64,000 nt of DNA from Sphingobacteriales bacterium (lineage in GTDB: Bacteria > Bacteroidota > Bacteroidia > Chitinophagales > LD1): positions 205,308 through 269,307 of the forward strand of contig JADFDM010000001.1 in assembly GCA_018262795.1 (NCBI GenBank), given 5' to 3'. Both the position numbers and the translations under genes were made by a program. The notes under the pieces are model-generated. The model made no database searches. It saw only the letters and a program-made list of their open reading frames with translations, and had not been told where the DNA came from. Shown in pieces: positions 37,501 to 46,111 of this stretch; the first letter of the stretch is position 1, and each line of letters opens with the position of its first letter.

Positions 37501-39141
37501 TGGCTTTGGTACTTCGGAGATGGCGATACCAGCTCTTACAAAGACCCCTTGCACGTTTATTTTTACCCCGGTGATTATGATGTAAGCCTGATTGCGTATG
37601 ACTCTTCAGGATGTCGCGATACTATGACCAAAGTGGCTTACATTAGAGTGAGAGGACCCAAAGGGCAATTCATCGCTTCGCAAGATAGCGGTTGTGTGCC
37701 GGTGGCTATTACTCTTAGCGGCACTACGCAATCTACTGTTTCCACGGTGGCCGATATGGGAGATGGGGTGGCTTTTCAAGATTCCATTAATATTACTTAC
37801 ACCTATACCCAAGCCGGTATTTACTATCCCGTGTACACTCTCACCGATAGTCTGGGCTGCGTGGTTTCATATCCCGTTGACACCTTTGTGGTGGGCGATA
37901 TTCCCTATCCTAATTTACCTAATGACACTTCTGTTTGTAAAGGCAATTACATCCAATTTAACCTTCCCGCAGGCGATCATTTTATTTGGACAGCCGATCA
38001 ATCTCCTACTTATCTTTCGTGTGATACTTGTATAAATCCCGTGAGCTCGGCTCCCGATACTATTACCTACTATGTTACTGCGGTGACCAACATCGGCTGT
38101 GAAGCTACCGATACTATTGTGGTAAATGTGGATGCTTTGCCGATTATATTCCCCGGTGTTTCATTCCGGATATGCCCCGGAGACACGTTGCAATTAAGCG
38201 CAGGACCAAATGTGCAAGCTGCTACTTGGACTCCCGACTTGTTTATTGACGATACTACTATCGTGTCGCCAAAAGTATGGCCTCCGGATAGTATGATTTA
38301 TCGCGTGACCGGGTCCAACCAAACCGGCTGTTCTATTTCTAGAATTGTGAAGATTTGGGTGATTGATAAGGTGAAGGCAGAGGTGAACGTGAGTGATACC
38401 TTGCTGTGTGAAGGAGGCGATGTGCAACTACAGGTAAATGTGTTAGAAGCATCTTTCTTAGACACCATGATTAACTGGACCCCCTTAGCGCATTTATCGG
38501 GGTACACTATTCCAAATCCAATCTTTAGTGCTCCGCATGGCGACTATTCGTATGCTGTAATCGTGAGCAGCAAACACTGCATCGCTGATACACAGCAGGT
38601 ACACATAGTCGTAGCGCCTAAACCTTCAGTAGTTGCCGGTGATGATCAAACGGTAGCAGTTCAAACACAGGTTCGTTTATGGGCGGCTTCACCAAATCCG
38701 GTTTCGTATTTCTGGACTCCTTCTATTGATTCCTTTGACTGCACCGATTGTCGCAGACCTTATGTAACCGTAACGGCTGATCAGGTAGTGTATGCGTATG
38801 CAGTGAATGAGTGGGGCTGTGAAGCCAACGACTCGGTCGTGCTGAAAGTGGTGAACTGCGATCCCAACGCGATATTTGTGCCCAATGTATTTACTCCGAA
38901 TAATGATGGATTGAACGACCGCTTGTTCGTGCGGGGTATTGGCCTTAAATCGTTAGACTACTTCCGCATCTTCGACCGTTGGGGACGATTAGAGTTTGAA
39001 ACGAAAAACATTAATGAAGGCTGGGATGGAATGGTGAATGGTCACGAGGCCGATGCCGCCACTTATGTGTATGTTCTTAAAGCTGTTTGCTCCAGTGGCC
39101 AAGAGGTAGTAAAGTCGGGGAATGTGACTTTGATACGATGA
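34585..39141 (+). CDS. giant cell-surface protein with about 12-13 tandem PKD domains and a T9SS type B (gliding-motility-associated) C-terminal sorting domain
   Basis: 1518 aa with a signal peptide. The module W.FGDG.TS...NP.H.Y...G.Y.V.L.V recurs 12-13 times. The C-terminus is FVPNVFTPNNDGLNDRLFVRG...FRIFDRWGRLEFE...GWDG. Confidence 0.9.
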   Translation: MRRIFTLTILLMIIGLQARLAAQTVYCFSSASVLSGCPPLVVNFTDASIGSPTTHYWDFDNGGLGNSNVQNPTYTFLNPGVYNVKHIVSNATSSDTCYITIHVFIPPTVNFTSPNHNGCIFPCHTVDLVNLSTPGESPIQEYVWNFGDGTLPLSVLPPQSNSDHCYNQVGSYNVTLIVRDSNTCQSNLTLNNYVVIGNFPSANAIATPIQSCNSPTVVNFTGSGTSTNGAITYAWYFGNGGNSVQQNPSQVFFNGIYDPILIISDTLGCQDTAFTHIEITQLSAGFSVPFTNVCNGIPIQFTDTSNFASTWLWDFGDGTTSNQKNPSHTYTANGNYTVTLTVSYNGCVDVETRTNYITVTTPVQFTFSASDTSDCFAPFAVNFTSNVSSGGTPTYTWDFGDNSTSTQANPSHTYTTEGSFTVSLTVSSPGGCQNTKTYANYINVHVINATFSLDSDKGCTPLTVHFTNSSTSNVPITGYQWIFGDGASSAQANPVHVYNAAGQYTPILIITNADGCTDTATYPGLIEVGGGLIPDFNAQPLIQCVNQSISFYNLTQGAGANTHYLWDFGDGETSILTNPGHAYSDTGYYDITLTVINQGCSAEKEKVKYILIIVPKAEFGFEFNCSSPTTVAFSDSSQGADTWFWDFGDGTTSNQQSPTHTFPSQAGYTVTLTVTNNTTGCVDSTKKTLPIGTPAANLSSDTTQGCIPLKIKFKDASVFASTWLWIFGDGTTSALQNPIHTYSDTGRYTVTLVINPGAACTDTVTQVNYITAFGLKPSLVAIPSSGCSPLTVAFKDSSTSFMGSVNAWTWAFGNGDSSHVKNPNYTYTSNVNATFTVKLTVSDTHGCKASKSFNGVKVYHPVAAFSSDTFVCPGEPVKFTNHSTGAQAYHWYFGDGTSSTQANPTHLYTSSGTYPVTLVAINSASGCSDSIVIPSYIVVEIPTADFFVTSNFSPCPPFPVQFYNTSNRTDIEWLWYFGDGDTSSYKDPLHVYFYPGDYDVSLIAYDSSGCRDTMTKVAYIRVRGPKGQFIASQDSGCVPVAITLSGTTQSTVSTVADMGDGVAFQDSINITYTYTQAGIYYPVYTLTDSLGCVVSYPVDTFVVGDIPYPNLPNDTSVCKGNYIQFNLPAGDHFIWTADQSPTYLSCDTCINPVSSAPDTITYYVTAVTNIGCEATDTIVVNVDALPIIFPGVSFRICPGDTLQLSAGPNVQAATWTPDLFIDDTTIVSPKVWPPDSMIYRVTGSNQTGCSISRIVKIWVIDKVKAEVNVSDTLLCEGGDVQLQVNVLEASFLDTMINWTPLAHLSGYTIPNPIFSAPHGDYSYAVIVSSKHCIADTQQVHIVVAPKPSVVAGDDQTVAVQTQVRLWAASPNPVSYFWTPSIDSFDCTDCRRPYVTVTADQVVYAYAVNEWGCEANDSVVLKVVNCDPNAIFVPNVFTPNNDGLNDRLFVRGIGLKSLDYFRIFDRWGRLEFETKNINEGWDGMVNGHEADAATYVYVLKAVCSSGQEVVKSGNVTLIR

Positions 39142-39204
39142 TTGGGAGAGGAAAATGTTGCTAACTCTGATTTTTCGAGGGCAGCTATGGTTCGGGTACT
39201 CGTT

Positions 39205-40125
39205 TCAGAAACTCATTAACTCCACCACTTCTTTTCCTTCGAGCAGTGCATGTAAGTCAGCATCAGCTTTCGCTAATCCGATGATAAAACCGCCTCCACC
39301 TGCACCGCATATTTTCAAGCTGTACTGATGGTTCTTTAATCCTTCCATCCAAAGGCGACTAAACTGTTTGGGAATAAACTCGGGCATCAAGTTCGCCTGC
39401 AATTGCGAAGTCACTTGCACCGATTTCCAGAGATCAGCATAGCGAAGGTTCATAAAACTTTCAATGGCCATGTTAGAGGCGGGCACTAAACTCTTCTGCA
39501 CTAAATCAAAAAACTTTTTGTCGCGACATTTTTCGAGAAATAAGTTTACGAAAGGAGAAGTCTTGCGCTCGATGTGCGTGTTAATGAGGAAAAGTTTTAG
39601 CACTTGTTGTCCACTTTCCGGCAGGTCAAAAGTATCGGCCACTTCGCCATTATTCACCAATACAGCTTTATTGAGAAAACAAACAATCGCATCGAGACCG
39701 GAACTCTTGCCGTGGAAGTGGCTTTCGAGTTCGGCCAGTTCTTGCTTTACTTCACTAATCACATAATTCTTTTGTTTCCGCTGGCGGTACTGAAAGTAGA
39801 TAGCCGCTACCAAAGCTCCTGAGCTTCCCAAGCCATAGCCCTGAGGAATATTGGAATCGAAGTAAAGCCCCTTCTCTATATCTTCGAGAAAAGCATTGGT
39901 GTCATAAAGCCCCGAAAGGGTATTGTTGTATATGATATAACTCGCTAAATTTTGCAGCGATTTATTGGACTTAGCGATTTGCTTATCGCGCAATGAGCCT
40001 AACTTGAAAAAACCACTGTAACGGGGTAAAGGAATGGCCAGCCCCATTGCACCTTTGTTGATAAGGTGCTCGCCAAACAGCAGGATTTTAGAATGGAAGA
40101 TTTTATGCGACAGTTTTTTCGGCAC
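39205..40125 (-). CDS. mvk: mevalonate kinase (GHMP family)
   Basis: 306 aa with N-terminal SKILLFGEH and GHMP motif GYGLGSSGALVAAI. GTG start. Last gene of the mevalonate operon. Confidence 0.8.
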   Translation of the reverse strand: MPKKLSHKIFHSKILLFGEHLINKGAMGLAIPLPRYSGFFKLGSLRDKQIAKSNKSLQNLASYIIYNNTLSGLYDTNAFLEDIEKGLYFDSNIPQGYGLGSSGALVAAIYFQYRQRKQKNYVISEVKQELAELESHFHGKSSGLDAIVCFLNKAVLVNNGEVADTFDLPESGQQVLKLFLINTHIERKTSPFVNLFLEKCRDKKFFDLVQKSLVPASNMAIESFMNLRYADLWKSVQVTSQLQANLMPEFIPKQFSRLWMEGLKNHQYSLKICGAGGGGFIIGLAKADADLHALLEGKEVVELMSF

Positions 40126-40164
40126 AGTACAGAGTTTTTAAAGTTGCTTTTGGTGGGGTAGAAT

Positions 40165-41217
40165 TTACTTCACCTTCTTGGGCCCTTTGCCCACATGGTC
40201 TTGAATCATTTTACCTTTCTCACAGTGCGATTTCAGTTCTTCCGCTATAAAGGCTTCTGCTTTCTTGCTGATATTTTTTGGATACATCAGATGAATATTA
40301 GGCCCTGCATCTAAGGTAAAGTAAATGGGCAGTTGACTCTCCTCGCGGAAGTGTCTTATTTTTTCGATCATGGCCAGTGTAGCCGGTGACATAAGAATAA
40401 AAGAAGGAGAAGAACACATCATCAGTGCATGAAGTGTCATCGCCTCTTCTTCAATGATAGTTCCAAATTTTTCCAGATCGCCATTTTTTAGCGCTTCAAT
40501 AATCTCTTTGAGATTTCTTTCCGCCTGTGCGTAACGAGTTTTTGCGTACGGATTGGTTTTCATTAATGAATGCCCTACCCGGCTCGAAACTTTCTTTTCG
40601 GCACTGCTGGCAATTAGAATAGTGTTCTGATAGTTGTGAAATGTTTTGTGCAGGTTGCGTGCAAAAGGCACGGCATATTCATCACTCGAACCTTTCACTG
40701 TTTTTGTTTTCCCCCATTCAGAAATAAGCGGATACACGGAACGCGAAGCACTGCCGGAGCCGAGCCGGGCATAGTGTGACGCTTTTTGCAGAAACTTTTC
40801 GGGACTCCACTTTTTTTGACCCAGTTCCTGCTTTAAATCGCAAAGGGCAATAGCCAGTGCACTCATGGCCGAAGCCGAAGAGGCAATGCCGGAAGAATGA
40901 GGAAATGAATTGGTGGAGTGAATGAGCAGACCGTATTGATTTAAAAAAGGGAAGTCCTTTTTTACGCTCTCGAAGAACTTGAGCATTTTTAATTGAAAGG
41001 CCATGTTGGCTTTGCCGTCAAAATAAAAACGCAGTTCAATCTCTTTGCTCTTTCTTTCTTTTTCTACCAATGCTACGCTTGTTTCAGAGTAGCAATTTTC
41101 TAAGGTAAAACTGATAGATGGGTTGGCGGGAATCTGCACTCCGCTTCTCTTCCCCCAGTATTTTACTAAGGCAATGTTGCTGGGGCTTCTCCATGTTACT
41201 TTCTTAATTTCCTTCAT
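40165..41217 (-). CDS. mvaD: diphosphomevalonate decarboxylase
   Basis: 350 aa with SPSNIALVKYWGKR near the N-terminus and SSGIASSASAMSALA. Confidence 0.9.
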   Translation of the reverse strand: MKEIKKVTWRSPSNIALVKYWGKRSGVQIPANPSISFTLENCYSETSVALVEKERKSKEIELRFYFDGKANMAFQLKMLKFFESVKKDFPFLNQYGLLIHSTNSFPHSSGIASSASAMSALAIALCDLKQELGQKKWSPEKFLQKASHYARLGSGSASRSVYPLISEWGKTKTVKGSSDEYAVPFARNLHKTFHNYQNTILIASSAEKKVSSRVGHSLMKTNPYAKTRYAQAERNLKEIIEALKNGDLEKFGTIIEEEAMTLHALMMCSSPSFILMSPATLAMIEKIRHFREESQLPIYFTLDAGPNIHLMYPKNISKKAEAFIAEELKSHCEKGKMIQDHVGKGPKKVK

Positions 41218-41400
41218 AGCGTATCATTTTCAAACGATGGTCGAAGCTATCTAAATTTTAGGAAATGCGGACGGAATCGTTGATAGGTTAATTGGGTGAT
41301 CGTTTATTGTTTTCAGTTTTCTGTTGCCGGTGGCAAATATGGTCTCGCAGGCAAAATGTCGCACGAACCATATTCACTCCGCAGCTATAAACGCAGTCAA

Positions 41401-43524
41401 CTAATCAATCAAACCGATGATGCGCGCAATATTCCAGATACTCATAAACAGCGGACTCCATTTATTTTTAAGGGCTTGCTGTTCTTCGCGTTTCCAAAAG
41501 TGAAGTTCGTGTACGGGATATAGATAGCCATAGGAATAAGCCGTGTGCGAACGGTGGCGCATAGCAATTTCTGCGATGGGATAACGGTAAGCGGCTTCGC
41601 GATTTTTGACGATCTGAAGTGCGGCTTCGCGGGTATAAACGGCTTGTTTCATCCATGAATCACAACTTTCGCACTTCTCGTGTTGAAGAATACTTCTGCG
41701 CTTGGCAATTAAGTAATTCAACGTGTAGTAGCGATGTCTGGTGCGCGCTTTGTCAATGGCAAAACCATCATTAAACTCTTTGGTAAGAAGGCTGCCATAA
41801 GTGGCATTTTGTGAGCGAGTTTTATCTAAGGAATCGAAACGCAGATAGAGATCGGCCAGCATTTGGGCTTCTTGTTGCACGGTATCTAAATCTTTTTCGC
41901 TTGCCTTTCTGCGCAGCCATTTATAAGTCCATTCCGGTCGCGGGTGCAGTGGTAAATTGAATTTGCCCGGCATTTCATCGGTCACCGTTTGTGCATCGAG
42001 AAATCGAATCAGGTTTTTCCCCTTCACCCAGGTATCGTGCAGTTGCAGTTGTTTTTGGAAATAACTTTGGTACTGCTCATCGGGAATCACTTTGCGCACA
42101 TATTGCAGCGGGTCGGGTTTCACTTCCTGATGGCGGATAGTCGTTTTCCAGCACCAGTTGGCAATGCTCCAGTCAAAAAGCCAATAGCCCCACTCCCAAC
42201 CCGAACTGAAAGTGATATGACCCTTTACGTTCAGCGTATCGCAGAAAAGAATATCGCCCAAGCGAGCACTCAGATAGGAGGGAAGGAAAAGAGGAACAGA
42301 ATTGTCGAAAGTAATCCAGTAAGCCGACTCGGGATAATACCAGGTTTCACGCTCCTTCATGTATTGGCGCAACAGCCGCTGCATGTGCAGCAAATTCTCA
42401 TTGCCATACACCGGAGCAAAGGTGTCGAACAAGGTATAGAACATCACCGTGTGCACTAAGATGGTTCGCTCGCGATCTAAGGCCACTTGTGCCGAATCGA
42501 AATGCGCTCCAGCCTGCACCTTATGAGAAATCATTTTCTCTTCCTTCACCACATGCTCGCGACCCATCAACTTCACATTTTTCTTTTTTAGTTCTTCGAG
42601 CAGGAACAATTGCAATTTTTGTTTTTTCTTTTTATTCCCTTTCGAAAATTCAGTGGTAGAAAACTCCACATTCCAAGCATTCCAGGGCACTTGACAAAGC
42701 ATTTCTACATTGCGATGTATCTGTGATTTTTTGGTGCGAAACGATTTGAAAGGAAAGCGGTACAACTGAAATGTTTTCTGCTGAATCATGTGTAGCGATA
42801 GGTCCACTCCCGCCATCACTCCGCGCTCATGGGCATAGTCCACCCACTTTTTTGCATAAGCCATCCAATGTTTGCGGTGGATGTTTTCCAATAAATTAAA
42901 CTCAAAATAATTTTGCCGATTGCGGGCTAACCAATCAATGTATTCTTTGATGACTTGTTCTCCGTTAGGATAGTTTTCGTTTAGGAAAGCTTCCGTGAGT
43001 TCAATGGGGTGCTCGGTGTGCAGGTGAAATCCCATCACATCATAACGTGGAGCCGAACTGTATTCAAATCCATCCGTGAGCGGCCAAGTGCTCAAGTCCG
43101 GTGTTTTCATTTCGCGCGGATGATAAAAACTGAAGTTTAGAATGTCTTGCAACAGTCCATACAAAGCTGCGGCAAACCCGTATTGATTGGCGGTAGTGAG
43201 CACCAGATGAAAGGCATTGTTTTTGGTGCCGCCTTTCCAACTATACGCTCGCTGCGCATATACCGAAGTGTCATGGTCGGTATAGACGAGCCGCGTGGGC
43301 ATAATCGCAGGCAGTTCCATCACCAACTCTGTGTGCAAATTGGAATTAACGTAAATAGAATCGCGGGTAGCAGCGGTGAGTAATTGCTTGAAATCTTTCA
43401 ATGCAGTTTGCACGGTAGCGTTGTGCAAACTTTCTTCGGGAATTTGAATGTTAATGGTAAAAGCCGAAGCAGGGAGCTGCCAGGTGAGCAAAATGAAAAA
43501 TAAAATGGATGCGCGGTGTTTCAA
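41401..43524 (-). CDS. exported 707-aa protein of unknown function embedded in the mevalonate operon
   Basis: Long uninterrupted ORF with signal peptide MKHRASILFFILLTWQLPASA. The TTG start lies 6 nt after the upstream kinase stop. I recognise no family with confidence. Confidence 0.75.
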   Translation of the reverse strand: MKHRASILFFILLTWQLPASAFTINIQIPEESLHNATVQTALKDFKQLLTAATRDSIYVNSNLHTELVMELPAIMPTRLVYTDHDTSVYAQRAYSWKGGTKNNAFHLVLTTANQYGFAAALYGLLQDILNFSFYHPREMKTPDLSTWPLTDGFEYSSAPRYDVMGFHLHTEHPIELTEAFLNENYPNGEQVIKEYIDWLARNRQNYFEFNLLENIHRKHWMAYAKKWVDYAHERGVMAGVDLSLHMIQQKTFQLYRFPFKSFRTKKSQIHRNVEMLCQVPWNAWNVEFSTTEFSKGNKKKKQKLQLFLLEELKKKNVKLMGREHVVKEEKMISHKVQAGAHFDSAQVALDRERTILVHTVMFYTLFDTFAPVYGNENLLHMQRLLRQYMKERETWYYPESAYWITFDNSVPLFLPSYLSARLGDILFCDTLNVKGHITFSSGWEWGYWLFDWSIANWCWKTTIRHQEVKPDPLQYVRKVIPDEQYQSYFQKQLQLHDTWVKGKNLIRFLDAQTVTDEMPGKFNLPLHPRPEWTYKWLRRKASEKDLDTVQQEAQMLADLYLRFDSLDKTRSQNATYGSLLTKEFNDGFAIDKARTRHRYYTLNYLIAKRRSILQHEKCESCDSWMKQAVYTREAALQIVKNREAAYRYPIAEIAMRHRSHTAYSYGYLYPVHELHFWKREEQQALKNKWSPLFMSIWNIARIIGLID

Positions 43525-43530
43525 AACGAT

Positions 43531-44481
43531 TTATTGCAGGACAATTTCATCCCATTGGAAAATAACAGCTATCCCTTTTGATTGTAGATATTCATTTAGT
43601 TCTTCCCGACTTCGGGAATTGGTCAGCATGACAAAATCGCCTCCCCAAGCACCCAGTGATTTTACACTGCCCCAATAATCGGCAAACATTTCATCCTTCA
43701 CTTTTATCATCCTCAATGCAGCACCTACAATGTTTTCATGTTCGTTGATGAGTGCTTCAAACTCATTTATGGAAGGGCACTTAATCACCTCCATCGTTAG
43801 GCGCGATAGTTCGTGAACGGCATGTGTTTTATCCGCCATTTTTTCGCGGTAGTATTTAATGCCTTCCGAAGAAAGCTGCTTTTTCCCCAAGTAAGCAAAG
43901 AATAACTGATCGCTGAAGGGGGGCTTCCAGTGAATCGCTAAAGTTTCCGGTAGCCCCTGCTGAAGTTGGTACAATACAGGAGAATGATGCGTGGCGCAAG
44001 CGAGGTCGTAGCCAGAGCCGCCAATCGTTTGCTGTAGTAATTGATAGCCGTCCACCTGCGCCCAGGTGGCAATGTTTTGCAACAGCGTAGAGCTGGAGCC
44101 AAGCCCCCATTCGTTGGGAAACTCAAGTTTAGTTTCTACGGCATAGTTCTTTTTAGTAGTGAGAAATTTAGAATTTAGCTGCCGAGCAGTCCGCAGCATA
44201 GAAGTGAGGCGATGTGCTTCGGGAGTGTCGGCATTGAGGCAAGTAAAATCTTCCGTATCGAACACCAAGTTCAACCATACTTGGTTTTTACTAGTAAGCG
44301 CCACCCAGTATAAAATACCTTCAGAGGAACTCAACTCTACCACTCGCAGGTGTTGCCCAAGGGTAGTGGGTACTGCCAGCGCTCGCGCACCATCCAGCAC
44401 AAAATATTCCCCGGTCAGCAACAGTTTGCCGTGACCGTAATAATTCACTGATTCATTGTGTCGGGTAACTCGAAGTTTCAC
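43531..44481 (-). CDS. GYDIA-type GHMP kinase (candidate phosphomevalonate kinase of Bacteroidota)
   Basis: 316 aa with GKLLLTGEYFVLDGA, GHMP motif EWGLGSSSTL and GGSGYDLACA (the GYD[I/L]A signature). GTG start. Confidence 0.75.
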   Translation of the reverse strand: MKLRVTRHNESVNYYGHGKLLLTGEYFVLDGARALAVPTTLGQHLRVVELSSSEGILYWVALTSKNQVWLNLVFDTEDFTCLNADTPEAHRLTSMLRTARQLNSKFLTTKKNYAVETKLEFPNEWGLGSSSTLLQNIATWAQVDGYQLLQQTIGGSGYDLACATHHSPVLYQLQQGLPETLAIHWKPPFSDQLFFAYLGKKQLSSEGIKYYREKMADKTHAVHELSRLTMEVIKCPSINEFEALINEHENIVGAALRMIKVKDEMFADYWGSVKSLGAWGGDFVMLTNSRSREELNEYLQSKGIAVIFQWDEIVLQ

Positions 44482-44605
44482 TTTATTTTATTCATCGCAG
44501 CCAATGCAGATGCCCGGCAATGGAGCCTGCCCTGTTTCTGGAATTTGTTCTAAGGGTTGAATTTTTCCCGGGATGTTCATCTTTTCTTTTCTCCGCAAAA
44601 TATGA

Positions 44606-45973
44606 TTAACCGGCATTCAGATTTGTATTAAAAGATGTATTGCGAAGTTTCTCTAAAAACTCACGAACAGAGGACACGCTCACTACTTTATCGGTAAAAA
44701 AACTCTGCGCTTTGCTCACCTCTTCGTCATTGGCTTGCATACTGGCCAGAATGTTGGTGAGGTGCATCTTCATGTGGCCGGCTTGAATACCCACCGTAGT
44801 GAGAGATTTAAGCGCAGCAAAGTTTTGGGCAAGGCCGGTGCAGGCAATTATCTCCATCAGTTTTTTTGCGTTCGGATTGCCGAGCAGTTCTAAAGAACGT
44901 TTGGCAAGCGGGTGCAGGGAGGTTAATCCACCTACGGTTCCTACGGCAATAGGAATATCTAACCAGAACCGAAACACTTCGTCTTTTACTTCGCACTGTG
45001 AAAGACTGCGATACATTCCATCGCGGGCAGCAAACGTGTGGGCACAAGCTTCTATTGCGCGGAAGTCGTTGCCGGTAGCTAACACTACAGCATCAATCCC
45101 GTTCATAATTCCTTTGTTGTGAGTGGTGGCGCGGTATGAATCAATTCGCGCAATGTTCACTGCGCGGTGAAACTTCTGCGCAAACTCTTGGGCAGTCATT
45201 TGTCCGTTATCGAAGGTACCTAACTCTTTTACTTTACAACTGACCTCGGTATGTACCACACATTCAGGGGTGTAGTTCGAGAGGATACACATGATAATCT
45301 CAACTTCCTTCTCCTTATCATTAAAGAGCGCGCTCTGATGAATTTTTTGGGTGAGCAGCTTTCCGAATTCTTCGAGGCAGGAATTGATAAAGTTGGCTCC
45401 CATAGAATCTACCGTTTCAAAATATACTCGCAGTTGATAGTAATCGGGTTCTTGATCGGTAAAGTCAATCAACTCCATATCCAGCACTCCACCACCGCGC
45501 TGGTCCATATTGGTCGTAATTTTTTTTACGCCTTGCTTTAACTCTTCTTTCGCTTCTTCAAAAAAATGGAGGAGTTGTTCGCGCCTGCCGCGATACATAA
45601 AATGCACTTGCCCCACTTTTTTTGTGGAAAGCACTTCGGCTTTAAAGCCGCCCCGACTCAGCCAAAACTTAGCCGCATTGGAAGCAGCAGCTACTACGGA
45701 GCTTTCTTCAATTACCATAGGAACGGCATAGATGGTGCCGTTGATTTTGAAATTTGGAGCAATGCCAAAAGGAACAGGGAAATTGGTCAGGGTATTTTCG
45801 CTAAACCCATCTAACAGTTTCTGGGCTTCAATATTATCGTGCCAGTATTCGGCAAACTCTTTTAAAACTTCTACCGGATTTGCATAAAGGAAATTCTTAG
45901 CGAGCCAATATATTTTGTCGCGCTTGGGCAGTTTTGAAAACCCCGCAATTTCCTTTTCCTCATTTTCTTCCAT
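44606..45973 (-). CDS. hydroxymethylglutaryl-CoA reductase
   Basis: Motifs VPMVIEESSVVAAAS, VDSMGANFINS, ATGNDFRA and GTVGG. I prefer the ATG at 45973 to the TTG at 46015. Confidence 0.88.
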   Translation of the reverse strand: MEENEEKEIAGFSKLPKRDKIYWLAKNFLYANPVEVLKEFAEYWHDNIEAQKLLDGFSENTLTNFPVPFGIAPNFKINGTIYAVPMVIEESSVVAAASNAAKFWLSRGGFKAEVLSTKKVGQVHFMYRGRREQLLHFFEEAKEELKQGVKKITTNMDQRGGGVLDMELIDFTDQEPDYYQLRVYFETVDSMGANFINSCLEEFGKLLTQKIHQSALFNDKEKEVEIIMCILSNYTPECVVHTEVSCKVKELGTFDNGQMTAQEFAQKFHRAVNIARIDSYRATTHNKGIMNGIDAVVLATGNDFRAIEACAHTFAARDGMYRSLSQCEVKDEVFRFWLDIPIAVGTVGGLTSLHPLAKRSLELLGNPNAKKLMEIIACTGLAQNFAALKSLTTVGIQAGHMKMHLTNILASMQANDEEVSKAQSFFTDKVVSVSSVREFLEKLRNTSFNTNLNAG

Positions 45974-46111
45974 CCCTTCAAAAATAGTGTAACCAGCGAA
46001 CTCTGCACAAAACAAAAAATCTCTGCTTAAAGACGGTACGAATAAAATGTTTTCTGCTATGAATCGTTTATCTTGGCAACGTTTTTTTTATACTTCCAAA
46101 ACTTTAACGAA

